Assembly: GCA_965197475.1 (NCBI GenBank)
Contig: CBDANF010000003.1
Location: 3,584,001 to 3,648,000, forward strand
Direction of reading: 5' to 3'
DNA length: 64,000 bases
From: Candidatus Poribacteria bacterium
GTDB taxonomy: Bacteria; Poribacteria; WGA-4E; WGA-3G
Notes under the pieces: model-generated
What the model was told of the DNA's origin: nothing
Database searches by the model: none
Seen by the model: only the letters and a program-made list of their open reading frames with translations
Part shown: positions 29,296 to 39,676 of the stretch, piece by piece
Numbering within the stretch: the stretch's first letter is position 1
How the letters are laid out: the number at the start of each line of letters is the position of its first letter
Made by a program: the position numbers and the translations under genes

Positions 29296-30159
29296 ATGAG
29301 AGACTACTACGAAATACTCGGCGTTAACAGAAACGCCACTTCAGAAGAAATTAAAAAAGCCTACCGTAAATTGGCAGTCAAATACCATCCGGATAAGAAT
29401 CCTGGGGACAAAGCTGCTGAAGAGAAATTCAAAGAGGCATCCAATGCATATTCGGTGCTATCCGATCCTGAAAAGCGACGTGTCTACGATACGCGTGGAC
29501 ATGCCGGCGTTCACGGTATGGGGTTTGAGGGATACACCAATATGGATGACATCTTCACAAACCTTAATCTGAACGATATTTTTGGGCGTTCGGCTTACGG
29601 TGGATTTGGCGATGCTTTCGGCGATGTGTTTGGACCACAACGGCGGACAACCCGCACGTATCGTGGGCGTGACCTCCGCATTAACCTTGCTATATCCTTT
29701 GCTGATGCGGTGCTTGGGAATCAGAAAGAGGTCAGCGTCCATGGTAAAAATATTACCCTTAAGATTCCCCCTGGTATCAAAGATGGTCAAACACTACGGG
29801 TTCGCGGACATGGGGAATCTATCAGCGCGGGAACATCAGGGGACCTGTTAGTCAAAATCTCAGTTCAACCGCATCCAACCTTGTCACGGGATGGACTTGA
29901 TCTGGTGACGGATGTGAAGGTGCCAATAACAACTGCCGCGTTAGGTGGCACTGTTCGTGTGCAAACCCTAACAGGAAACGTGGAACTCAAAATACCATCA
30001 GGTGCACAACCTGGACAGCAGTTACGGCTTCGTGGGCAGGGGATAATAGACCTATCTGGGCGAAACGGAGATTTACGAGTTCGCCTTGTTGTGGAAATTC
30101 CCAAGTCATTGTCGCGCAAACAGAAGGATTTACTGAAACAACTCGCGAAGACTTTATGA
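29296..30159 (+). CDS. Class B J-domain co-chaperone (CbpA/DnaJ-like, no Zn finger)
   Basis: J domain with HPD, G/F-rich region, DnaJ_C; no CxxCxGxG repeats. Confidence 0.9.
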   Translation: MRDYYEILGVNRNATSEEIKKAYRKLAVKYHPDKNPGDKAAEEKFKEASNAYSVLSDPEKRRVYDTRGHAGVHGMGFEGYTNMDDIFTNLNLNDIFGRSAYGGFGDAFGDVFGPQRRTTRTYRGRDLRINLAISFADAVLGNQKEVSVHGKNITLKIPPGIKDGQTLRVRGHGESISAGTSGDLLVKISVQPHPTLSRDGLDLVTDVKVPITTAALGGTVRVQTLTGNVELKIPSGAQPGQQLRLRGQGIIDLSGRNGDLRVRLVVEIPKSLSRKQKDLLKQLAKTL

Positions 30160-30177
30160 CAAAAGAACTTTCTGAAT

Positions 30178-30580
30178 TTGATGAAACCACCAGAGGAGAT
30201 GGATTCTGATCAGTGGTTGCGGGAATGTGTTGAGGTTGCGCAAACTATCCCGATGGACGAGGCAGACAAGCCGGATTATCTTGCCTCTATGGTTATTTTG
30301 TCTGACATGATATTTGATTTTCAAGACATTCGTAATATTTTATTCGGAGGAAACTATGCACGAATCATCTTTTGCTCAATATTTTACAGAGAAAGGTGAA
30401 CGGAAAAATGCTATTGAAGATATACTTGATGTGTTAGATGTCCGTTTTCAACCCAGTAACGTGCAAACGTTGAAACCTATGATTGAAAGCATTGAAGAAT
30501 TACAGCACCTTAAGCAGTTGCATCGCGAGGCAGTTCAAGTGCCAAGTCTTGATGAATTTAGACGCATCTTGACATCATAA
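30178..30580 (+). pseudogene. Truncated and frameshifted Rpn/YhgA-like gene remnant
   Basis: LMKPP..M..DQWLRECV ... SEETMHESS ... IL.VL.VRF ... L.QLHREA...SL.EF; nuclease N-terminus absent; frameshift near 30340. Confidence 0.6.
30356..30580 (+). CDS. Intact internal small ORF (RpnS-like C-terminal domain)
   Basis: GGAGG RBS 5 nt before ATG 30356; 74-aa helical C-terminal domain intact. Confidence 0.5.
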   Translation: MHESSFAQYFTEKGERKNAIEDILDVLDVRFQPSNVQTLKPMIESIEELQHLKQLHREAVQVPSLDEFRRILTS

Positions 30581-30704
30581 GGGAATTGAACCTTATTGGA
30601 AGCAGCATGAATCTTTGTTTTACAAACAACTGGCGATAACATTATGGGTAAGTATTTCTGTACTTCAATTGGTTTTAATATAAGATATAAGAAAGGGGAG
30701 ATAT

Positions 30705-32402
30705 ATGTCAAATGTTAGTGAGATTACGCGGCACTTAATAAGCATTGTTGCGGCTAACGATGAACTGCAAGATGTCTGGCTGCAAGGCAAAATTTCAAAT
30801 GTCAACTGTCCACGAAATGGCAATACCTATTTTACTCTCAAAGACAATTCTAAGAAAATTGAATGTGTCATTTTCGCGAATTGGGAACCTCTCCAAGAGA
30901 ATTTACCTGCAGATGGAAACAAAGTGTCTGTAAAGGGGCAGATTTATGTCTATGGAACTAAAAGTGAATATAGGTTCATGGTCAAAAAAATAAATTTGCC
31001 TGAAGACCCCTTACCAGATCAATCCGTATCAGTTAGTACTCTAACAAATACTTTGGAGGATACCCTATAAGCTCATCCAGGCGAGGTTCAAGGCGAAATT
31101 TCAGACGTTTTTGGAACACGTATGAATTATACAATCTTGAAACTCAAAGATACAACTGCAGATGGAGAATCTGATGACAGAATTGAGTGTGTAATCCCGC
31201 CAGAGATTGATCTTCCGTTTCCCCTTGAAATAGGTGAGCGTGTAAATGTAAAAGGACAATTGGGGATCTTTGAAAGAGCAAGTGCATATCGAATTGAAAT
31301 TGACGATACAAATAATATAACCAAGGTTACAGAACCGCCAACACAAATGCAAACAACGTCAAATGAGTGTCCGAATTGTGGTCAGCGTTGTGAAGATTCA
31401 TATCAGTTGTGCTCTATTTGCCATTATGCTCAAGTAGATCATGAAGGGATTGTCGTTGGCGCAGTCATGCGTTATTTCGATACACCTAAATTCGCAAATT
31501 TTTCTACAAAGCGGGAATATGAAATTCGTTTTGGTGCTGGTGGTAATATAGTAGGACGGGCAGATGTTGTGCTCTTGAATAGTGAAGAAAACCCAGTCGC
31601 TATTACAGAGTGTAAACACATTGGATATGATGGAAACGATGGAATAGTTCAATTGGAGGGTTACATCAGTCCAACCGTTGCCAAATTGGGACTATTCGCC
31701 GATGATACAGATCCTTATGAGTGGACTTTTCTTAAGAAAAATGATGAACATTATCGGTTTGACCCGATTACTCGCTCCCAATTTGAGAGGGAACTCGGTG
31801 TAGATCCAGTACCGGGGATTCCTCCTAATAAAACTCAACTTGAACTCATTCACGGGAATATTATTAAGGCAGAGGTAGACGCTATTGTGACCACAGCAAC
31901 TCCCACACTGGCAAGAGTGACAGTGACCGGGGTAGATCAAAAAATTCGGGATGCGGCAGGTGGAAAAATTGATAGCGAAAGTCAAGAGATTATTCAAAAA
32001 CGCAACAGTTTTCTTCCTCAAGGCAATGCTGTAATTACGACAGGAGGTAACTTACTCGTAAGTAAAGTTATTCATGCCGTAGGTCCCATTTTCGCTGGTG
32101 GGGGACAAGATGAAGCAAATGTGCTTGCCCTTTGCTACAAAAATAGCCTTCACCTTGCAGTAGAAAACGGAATCAGGTCTATCGCTTTCCCAGCTATTAG
32201 TACAGGTAATTTTGGCTTTCCAATTGAAAAAGCAACACCTATTGCCCTAAAAGCCGTGAAAGAATTTGTTGAACACGCACATCAGAATAACGAAATGGTA
32301 CCAGAACGTATCCAGTTTGTCTTGTTTGATGAAGAAGCTTATAACTGTTATGTCAAGGAGTTTGCCAATCTTGGTTTTGGTTTATCTTGTCTAATCGGGT
32401 AA
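30705..32402 (+). CDS. 2x XseA-type OB-fold + Zn ribbon + HsdR_N-like PD-(D/E)xK nuclease + macrodomain, split by one in-frame TAA (31068-31070)
   Basis: ORFs 30705-31070 and 31122-32402 share a frame; WLQGKISN..YFTLKD..IECVIF and VQGEIS..LKLKD..IECVI; CPNC..CSIC; RADVVL..ECK..QL.GY; VIHAVGP..SIAFPAISTG.FGFP. Confidence 0.8.
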
Positions 32403-32461
32403 CTACCACTTAGTAGTGGTTCATTCCCGGTCTTTGTGATACTTAAAAGTAAGGAGAACTA

Positions 32462-33649
32462 ATGATTTCACTATCACAACGAAGTCTAAACGTAACACCA
32501 TCATCCACCTTAGCCATCACCGCTAAAATTAACGCCCTGATCGCTGATGGCGTAGATGTCGTCAAATTCGGAGCAGGCGAACCCGATTTTGATACACCTG
32601 ATTATATCAAAGCCGCCGCTGTTGCTGCACTTGATGCTGGCTTTACGAAATACACACCCGTTCCCGGTATTCCCGAACTACGGGAGGCAATCGTGGACAA
32701 ATTCAAAAAAGACAACGGACTGGATTATACTGCATCTCAAGTCATTGTTTCCTGTGGGGCAAAACACACCCTCTATAACATCATGCAAGCGATCTGCGAT
32801 CCGGGCGATGAGGTCATCTTCGCCGCACCGTATTGGGTGAGCTATCCACAGCAGATTAAGTTAGCAGGTGCTGTCCCACGTGTGATTGAAACCACAGCCG
32901 AACAAAACTTCTGCATGCAACCCGAACAAGTTGAAGCAGCGATAACACCAAAAACAAAAGCGATTCTGATTAACAGTCCAAGCAATCCTACTGGTACCAC
33001 TTATGATGTGGAAACGCTCAAGCAGATAGCAGCCCTCGCAGTGAAACATCAGGTCTATCTCATCTCCGATGAAATCTATGAAGCACTGCTTTATGACGGT
33101 GCGACACATCAGAGTCCCGCATCATTCAACGAAGAGACGAAAGCGATTACCTTTGTCGTCAACGGGGTCTCCAAAGCCTATTCCATGACAGGATGGCGCA
33201 TCGGGTATACTGCTGGTCCCGAAGATGCGGTTTCAGCGATGTCTCGCATTCAGTCACACAGCACCTCAAATCCGACCTCCATTGCCCAGAAAGCAGCAGT
33301 AGCTGCACTCAACGAACCGCAAGATGCCGTTGAGGAGATGCGTCAAGCATTTGAAGAACGCCGCGATGTTATCTGTGAACGTTTTGATGAGATTGACAGA
33401 GTCAGTTATGTCAAACCGCAAGGCGCGTTCTACATCTTTCCCGATTTTTCTGAACACTACGGCAGAACGTTTGATGGTAAAAAGATCGAAGGGTCAATGG
33501 ACATAACCGATTATCTGCTCGGTTCAGCAGGTGTTGGCGTTGTGCCGGGTAACGGATTCGGTGCGGATAACAATTTGCGGCTCTCCTTTGCTACATCTTT
33601 GATGGAGATTCATCGTGGATTAGATCGAATTAAAAAGGCGTTGGAATAG
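32462..33649 (+). CDS. aspC: PLP-dependent class I aminotransferase (aspartate aminotransferase-like)
   Basis: GEPDF, NSPSNPTG, SDEIY, SKAYSMTGWRIG. Confidence 0.88.
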   Translation: MISLSQRSLNVTPSSTLAITAKINALIADGVDVVKFGAGEPDFDTPDYIKAAAVAALDAGFTKYTPVPGIPELREAIVDKFKKDNGLDYTASQVIVSCGAKHTLYNIMQAICDPGDEVIFAAPYWVSYPQQIKLAGAVPRVIETTAEQNFCMQPEQVEAAITPKTKAILINSPSNPTGTTYDVETLKQIAALAVKHQVYLISDEIYEALLYDGATHQSPASFNEETKAITFVVNGVSKAYSMTGWRIGYTAGPEDAVSAMSRIQSHSTSNPTSIAQKAAVAALNEPQDAVEEMRQAFEERRDVICERFDEIDRVSYVKPQGAFYIFPDFSEHYGRTFDGKKIEGSMDITDYLLGSAGVGVVPGNGFGADNNLRLSFATSLMEIHRGLDRIKKALE

Positions 33650-33706
33650 GGTCGACATTTATAATAAACAATAAAGTACCTACCGAAAAAGAAAGGAGAT
33701 ATTATC

Positions 33707-35425
33707 GTGGCACAACAGACACAACCTAATCTTGTCTTTGTTATCACCGATGACCAAGGCTACGGCGATTTGGGATGTACCGGAAACCCCGTTATCAACA
33801 CCCCGAATTTAGACGCACTCGCAGGAGAGAGCATGCAACTGCGGAACCTGCATGTTGGGCCTACCTGTTCCCCGACGCGCGCAGGTATCATGACCGGTAG
33901 ATACTGCAACTCAGCAGGTGTGTGGCATACTATCGGAGGCAGATCGCTGCTCCGCAGCGATGAGGTCACGATAGCAGATATCTTCAGACGCAACGGCTAT
34001 AAAACCGGCATGTTCGGTAAATGGCATCTTGGCGATAACTACCCGTTCCGTCCGCACGACCGTGGCTTTGAAGAAGCACTTTATCACGGAGGCGGTGGTA
34101 TCAGCCAAACCCTCGACTATTGGGGTAACGACTATTTTGACGATACCTATTTTAGCAACGGTTCTGAACAGCCGTTTGAGGGGTATTGCACCGATGTTTG
34201 GTTTCAAGAGGGGATGAAGTTTATTGAGAGGAATCGGAATCGTCCATTTTTCTGCTATATTCCAACCAATGCACCGCACGGTCCGTTCCGCGTTCCTGAT
34301 GCCTATAGTGAGGTTTACCGAAGGAAAGGGGAACCGGAAGCGCGTGCCTGTTTCTATGGCATGATTACCAATATAGACGATAACATGGCGCGACTCCGAC
34401 ACCACCTTAAAGTACTTGGACTTGAGGAAAATACTATTCTAATCTTTATGACCGACAACGGTTCTGCCGCAGGATGCGACTTAGATGGACAACAGTTCGT
34501 CAAGTCAGGATACAATGCCGGGATGCGTGGCAAAAAAGGTTCACCTTATGAGGGTGGACATCGCGTGCCGCTCTTTATGCATTGGCCCGGCGGAGGTTTC
34601 TCACAAAAGAAAGAGGTAGACGAACTCACAGCCAACATTGACCTACTTCCGACGTTAATTGACCTCTGCGATTTAGAGATGTCAGATACCTCCCGTTTCC
34701 ACGGCACCAGCATCTCACCGTTACTGCAAGATAAACTTGTGGAATGGGAAGATCGGGTAATCGTTACAGATTCGCAGCGTGTTGAAAATCCGATTAAGTG
34801 GAAACATAGTGCGACGATGTCACAAAGATGGCGACTCATCAATGGCACCGAACTTTACGACATCCAAGCAGATCCCGGACAACGAGAGGATATCGCTGAT
34901 GCACATCCCGAAGTTGTTGCGGAACTACGTGAACATTATGAAGCATGGTGGACGTTAGTTTCGGAACGATTTGATGAGGAGTGTCCGATTGTGGTCGGCA
35001 CACAAAATGAACAGGTTGCGTGCATAACAACACACGATTGGCACGGTAATGGAAATGCTTGGAATCAAGGATCTATACGGAACGGGATGGAATGCAACGG
35101 TTATTGGGCAGTTGAAATTCCTGAAGATGGTGCGTATAGTTTTGAGTTGCGCCGCTGGCCCCGTGAGGAAAACAGGGCAATCACGGAAGGGATCCCGGGT
35201 GAAAACATTGACCTTTATAACGGTGGCCGCGCATTAGATTTGAAAACCGCACAAATTCGTATCAACGATCAGTCGGCAACGCAAGCTATTAAACCTGATG
35301 CAGTAGGTGTAACGTTTACGTTCAATCTTAAAGCGGGACAGACACGCCTCCACACACAATTCTCTGATGAAACGGGAGAATTATCGCTTGGCGCGTATTA
35401 TGTCTATGTCAAACGGGTGATTTAA
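33707..35425 (+). CDS. Arylsulfatase family protein
   Basis: TDDQGYGD, CSPTR formylglycine motif, GKWHLG, TDNG. Confidence 0.93.
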   Translation: MAQQTQPNLVFVITDDQGYGDLGCTGNPVINTPNLDALAGESMQLRNLHVGPTCSPTRAGIMTGRYCNSAGVWHTIGGRSLLRSDEVTIADIFRRNGYKTGMFGKWHLGDNYPFRPHDRGFEEALYHGGGGISQTLDYWGNDYFDDTYFSNGSEQPFEGYCTDVWFQEGMKFIERNRNRPFFCYIPTNAPHGPFRVPDAYSEVYRRKGEPEARACFYGMITNIDDNMARLRHHLKVLGLEENTILIFMTDNGSAAGCDLDGQQFVKSGYNAGMRGKKGSPYEGGHRVPLFMHWPGGGFSQKKEVDELTANIDLLPTLIDLCDLEMSDTSRFHGTSISPLLQDKLVEWEDRVIVTDSQRVENPIKWKHSATMSQRWRLINGTELYDIQADPGQREDIADAHPEVVAELREHYEAWWTLVSERFDEECPIVVGTQNEQVACITTHDWHGNGNAWNQGSIRNGMECNGYWAVEIPEDGAYSFELRRWPREENRAITEGIPGENIDLYNGGRALDLKTAQIRINDQSATQAIKPDAVGVTFTFNLKAGQTRLHTQFSDETGELSLGAYYVYVKRVI

Positions 35426-35492
35426 GATACGGTTTGTTACCCGTCAAACAACACAAAATTACTTTAAACTGTAGATGCCTCTAACATTCACA

Positions 35493-35517
35493 GGTAGGCG
35501 CGCTTTGTAAGCGCGCC
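35493..35517. repeat. GTAG-type REP family gtaggcgcgctttgtaagcgcg; copies near 35493, 37662 (with inverted partner to ~37716), 42432 and 62487
   Basis: Near-identical palindromic copies in intergenic positions. Confidence 0.75.
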
Positions 35518-35556
35518 AATCAAATATATCATTAATTATAAAATCTACAATAATTA

Positions 35557-36311
35557 CTATTGATGCTTCAGTTTTCCCCATACCGTAGGAAGTTTACCTG
35601 CAGGTTCCACAGCAAAAGCAGTATGGTGGATACCGTTATTCATAATACTCTGATCTCTTCTTTAGAGAGGGCATCGTTAAACAGTCCAACCTCGTCCATA
35701 ATACATGCAGACTTGAAGCTAGCCCCTTTGTCAGTGGCAAGCCATGCGGTCTGATCCTGGTCTTGAAGTTGGAACTTTGGCACCGGTTGCGAGACTTTCT
35801 CTTCGCCATTAACGTAAATCTTTGCTGTAGTTCCATCGTAAGTGTTCGCAACGTGATACCATGTCCCTGCTTTGACGGTTACACCGCTGCTAACGTTCCA
35901 GTTATTGCTCCAACTACGTAGGACATTTGGACTTTCTTTATAAGGCACATAGCGGTTGTTGCTCTGATCATGTATAGAAAAATAGTTTTGCTGTTCCGCG
36001 AGATTGGTAAACTGAATCCATAGGATAAAACTCATCTTATCGGTTACGACTCCTTTACCGAACGGAATTGTAACAGTACCACCTCTCTTAATATCAAGCG
36101 CGCCATCAACTTTCCCATCAACCCAATCTGATTGTGTGATTGTGCCATCATACCCATTTCCTGATGCGTCTTCAGCAACATCGCCTTTGCCTTCGTCAAG
36201 TAGCCAGATACCGACGATCTTCTCAGGATTGATCTGAGCATCATTATAACCGACAAACACGCCTAATGCCAGTATCGCACAGAGAAATGTAATAATAACC
36301 TTTATACGCAT
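35557..36311 (-). pseudogene. LamG-domain secreted protein; 1-nt frameshift near 35652 detaches the conserved tail
   Basis: Signal peptide, GIWLLDEG.G, WYHVA.TYDG, DEVGLF; shifted frame reads SIMNNG..AVEPAGKLPTVWGKLKHQ*. Confidence 0.8.
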
Positions 36312-36552
36312 GTGTTGCTCCTTGTTTGAAAATATGTTTTAATTATATGTTGTTTTTGTTACATTTGCAAGTTAATTGAAGGCATAATTGTTGGTATTGG
36401 TGCTACTTTTAGTCTCACAAACCAAAAACCATTTATCAATCATATAATTTGCTTTTATTATGCATTCAACGTATAATAGCGAATAAGACGCTAATGGAAG
36501 TTCTTCCAGGAACGTGTAGAATTTGGAATTATATTGAACTAAGGAGAATAGT

Positions 36553-37590
36553 ATGTATAAGTGTGCAATTTTAGGGTGTCGTGGACGTGCCCGCGCTCAC
36601 GCCCGTGCTTATGATAATGTTAAAGGTGGAAAACTCGCCGCTATCTGTGATATGAAGGAAGACTTACTGAACGGGTTCGGCGACGAATTTGATATAGATG
36701 CCCGCTACACTGATTTTGATGAAATGCTTTCCAAGGAAAAACCCGATCTGTTACACATTGTAACCGCACCGGTTTTACGCGGTACCAACGAACGGATTCG
36801 GTATCCACTGCTGAATCAGGCTTCAGAGCACGGTGTCCCTGCTATAGTTATTGAGAAACCGATTGCGGTTGAAAGCGAAGACTGGCGACAAATCTACGAA
36901 CTCGCCCATCGCACTAAGACGAAGATTGCTATCAATACACAACTGAATTTCCACCCCAAAAATCTTGAGTTAAAACGGGACGTATCAGAAGGCAAAATAG
37001 GTGCAATTAAATTTATTGAGGCGAGCGCGCGGAACCCACCCGTAGATCAAGCACCACACGTGCTGCAGTTAGTCTCCTCCTATATTGACAACTCCCAACC
37101 GGTGAAAGTGATGGGGCAAATCGCAGGTGCTGGGAATCTGGACGGAGCACAACCTTCACCCGCGAACGCTACTGGATTAGTCACTTATGAAAACGGTGTC
37201 CAAGTCTCAGTTGCTTTCGGACCTGAGATGGCACCACGTGTGAATCCCGGAACAGGCAGTAGCCGACATAAGCGCGTCTGTGTCTTTGGCGAAAAAGGCT
37301 TTGTACACTGGCGTTTTGAGAGTTGGGAACGTTACACGCCAGAAGGCGGTTATGAAGGTGGTAACCTGAGTTACGGTGACCAAAATGCTGTCGCTCAAAC
37401 CAATTTGACAGAGGCTATGTTTGACTGGCTTGACGATGAAAGCAAGGTGCATCCGACACACCTACCTCAATCTCTGGCGGAATTCAATCTGCTCCTCGGT
37501 ATCTATTATAGCGGTTTGACTAACACCGTTATTGAATTGCCTTTTGATCCACCTGATGGGTTGATGGACATGTTCAGAGAACATCTTTAA
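36553..37590 (+). CDS. Gfo/Idh/MocA oxidoreductase
   Basis: AILGCRG, AICD, EKP motif. Confidence 0.88.
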   Translation: MYKCAILGCRGRARAHARAYDNVKGGKLAAICDMKEDLLNGFGDEFDIDARYTDFDEMLSKEKPDLLHIVTAPVLRGTNERIRYPLLNQASEHGVPAIVIEKPIAVESEDWRQIYELAHRTKTKIAINTQLNFHPKNLELKRDVSEGKIGAIKFIEASARNPPVDQAPHVLQLVSSYIDNSQPVKVMGQIAGAGNLDGAQPSPANATGLVTYENGVQVSVAFGPEMAPRVNPGTGSSRHKRVCVFGEKGFVHWRFESWERYTPEGGYEGGNLSYGDQNAVAQTNLTEAMFDWLDDESKVHPTHLPQSLAEFNLLLGIYYSGLTNTVIELPFDPPDGLMDMFREHL

Positions 37591-37742
37591 AACAATTGGC
37601 ACACGCCGTCAAATGCGCGTGTAGTATTTGACACTTTGTAAGCACTTCTATTATGCTGCTTGTAGGCGCGCTTTGTAAGCGCGCTCATATTCCTATAGGC
37701 GCACTTACAAGCGCGATCTTCGTAGAAAAGGAACGAATTCCC

Positions 37743-38897
37743 GTGAATGACATCATCTACATGGATAACCATGCGACAACACCTATTGCTTCAGAAGTGT
37801 TAGATGCAATGCTGCCGTATTTAACCACACACTTCGGTAATGCTGCCAGCACACATCCTTACGGCATTGCGGCGAAGGATTCAGTGGATAAGTCACGGCA
37901 TCAAGTTGCAAACCTGCTGGGTTGCTCATCAGAGGAGATAATCTTCACAAGTGGGGCAACAGAATCGGATAACCTTGCCATCAGAGGTGCTGCCTATGCT
38001 CATAAAGATAAAGGAAACCACATCATCACCAGCACTGCTGAACATCACGCGATCCTTGATACATGCCACGCCTTAGACGCAGAAGGTTTTGAAACCACTT
38101 ATCTGCCGGTTGATAGATACGGGATGGTAAACCCTGATGACGTGGAAGCCGCCATTACACCGAAAACCATTTTGATGAGTTTCATGTACGCAAATAACGA
38201 GGTGGGCACTATTAATCCGATCCGTGAAATCGCTGCTATCGCTTCCAAACACGGCGTGCTGTTTCACTCAGATGCAGTGCAAGGTATCGGCAAACTTGAA
38301 TCGAATATGGATATGTTGGGACTTGATATGGCATCAATAACCGCGCATAAGATTTACGGACCGAAAGGCATTGGGGCACTTTATATGCAAGGTGGTAATC
38401 ATCTTTCACCGCTTTTCTATGGGGGCGGTCAGGAGAGTGGTATCCGCCCGGGCACACTGAATGTGGCAGGAATTGTCGGTTTGGGTGCAGCGTGTGAGGC
38501 GTGCCAAACTGCAATGGATATGAAAACAGAGGAAAAAGTAGTTGAACCTTTGCGCGATACACTCCATCAGAGATTAGCAGCGCAGTTAACGGATATTCAT
38601 CTTAATGGTCATCCTGAAAAACGTTTGTTGGGGAACTTGAATCTCTGTTTTGCGGGTGTGCAAAGTCATGCACTCTTGATGGGTCTAAAAAGTGTTGCGG
38701 TATCAACAGGTTCGGCATGTGATTCCGAATCTGTTACGCCATCGCACGTTTTAGTTGCAATGGGAGTTCCAAATGAATTGGCGGTAACTGCTATCCGTTT
38801 CGGTTTGGGGCGTTACAACACAGCAGAAGAGGTTGAAATCGTCTCCGATGAGGTCATAAAAACGGTTAATCGGTTACGTGCCTTAGCACCCGAATAG
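37743..38897 (+). CDS. iscS: Cysteine desulfurase (IscS/NifS group I)
   Basis: YMDNHATT, FTSGATE, NNEVG, AHKIYGPKG, STGSAC; GTG start. Confidence 0.9.
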   Translation: MNDIIYMDNHATTPIASEVLDAMLPYLTTHFGNAASTHPYGIAAKDSVDKSRHQVANLLGCSSEEIIFTSGATESDNLAIRGAAYAHKDKGNHIITSTAEHHAILDTCHALDAEGFETTYLPVDRYGMVNPDDVEAAITPKTILMSFMYANNEVGTINPIREIAAIASKHGVLFHSDAVQGIGKLESNMDMLGLDMASITAHKIYGPKGIGALYMQGGNHLSPLFYGGGQESGIRPGTLNVAGIVGLGAACEACQTAMDMKTEEKVVEPLRDTLHQRLAAQLTDIHLNGHPEKRLLGNLNLCFAGVQSHALLMGLKSVAVSTGSACDSESVTPSHVLVAMGVPNELAVTAIRFGLGRYNTAEEVEIVSDEVIKTVNRLRALAPE

Positions 38898-39018
38898 CAA
38901 GACGTTATACGATGTTGCAATCACTCTGAAAATGTGTTATTCTTTCAATTAACAGATTACAAGGTTGAGTACAACGGACAGACCACATATCGCGAAACCT
39001 ATAACATAGGAAACACTC

Positions 39019-39617
39019 ATGTCATCAATTGCAGCCCAAACCTATCTGACTCCCAAGGAATATATCGCTTTAGAACGGAAGGCGACACTCAAAAGCGAAT
39101 ACTTGAGCGGAGAGATCGTCGCTATGTCCGGAGCGAGCGTCGCGCACAATCTTATCACGATGAATACTGCAACCGGACTCTACAACCGATTGACAGAGCG
39201 GGGATGTGGAGTTTTTGCCAGCGATATGCGCGTCGGAATCGGTGCAGGAACTTCTTACTTTTATCCAGATATTACTGTTGTCTGTGATAAACCACGCTTT
39301 GAAGATAATGAATTCGACACGCTTATCAATCCTATAGTTGTCATAGAGGTGCTTTCCCAATCAACCGAGGCGTATGACAAAGGTGAGAAATTCAGGCATT
39401 ATCAGCAATTAGCATCATTGCAAGAATACGTACTTATTCACAGGATCAGGTCTCGATTGAACATAATTTTCGTGAAGATAATCGGTGGGTGTCAAATAAA
39501 TTGACTTCGCTTGAGGATTTACTCCTACTTGTATCAGTTGATGCCGAACTCCCTCTACAGCAAATTTACAGATTTGTCGCAATTGAAGATTCTCCACGAA
39601 TCACAAGCCGCACGTAA
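39019..39617 (+). pseudogene. Uma2 family endonuclease, frameshifted near 39437
   Basis: EY..GEIVAM.GAS..H, YPDI.VVC, IEVLS.ST..YD.G.K; continuation SQDQ..IEH...LPLQQIY in another frame. Confidence 0.82.
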
Positions 39618-39676
39618 AAGTTGTTACGTCAGCATTATAAAACATAAATAGAAGTGCAAGGTGCCTTACCCTACAA

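Noticed and set aside
29296-30159. Canonical dnaJ
   Set aside because: Lacks the CxxCxGxG zinc-finger repeats and has no dnaK/grpE context.
30705-31070. Exodeoxyribonuclease VII large subunit (xseA)
   Set aside because: Only the OB fold is present, duplicated; there is no ExoVII catalytic domain and no xseB.
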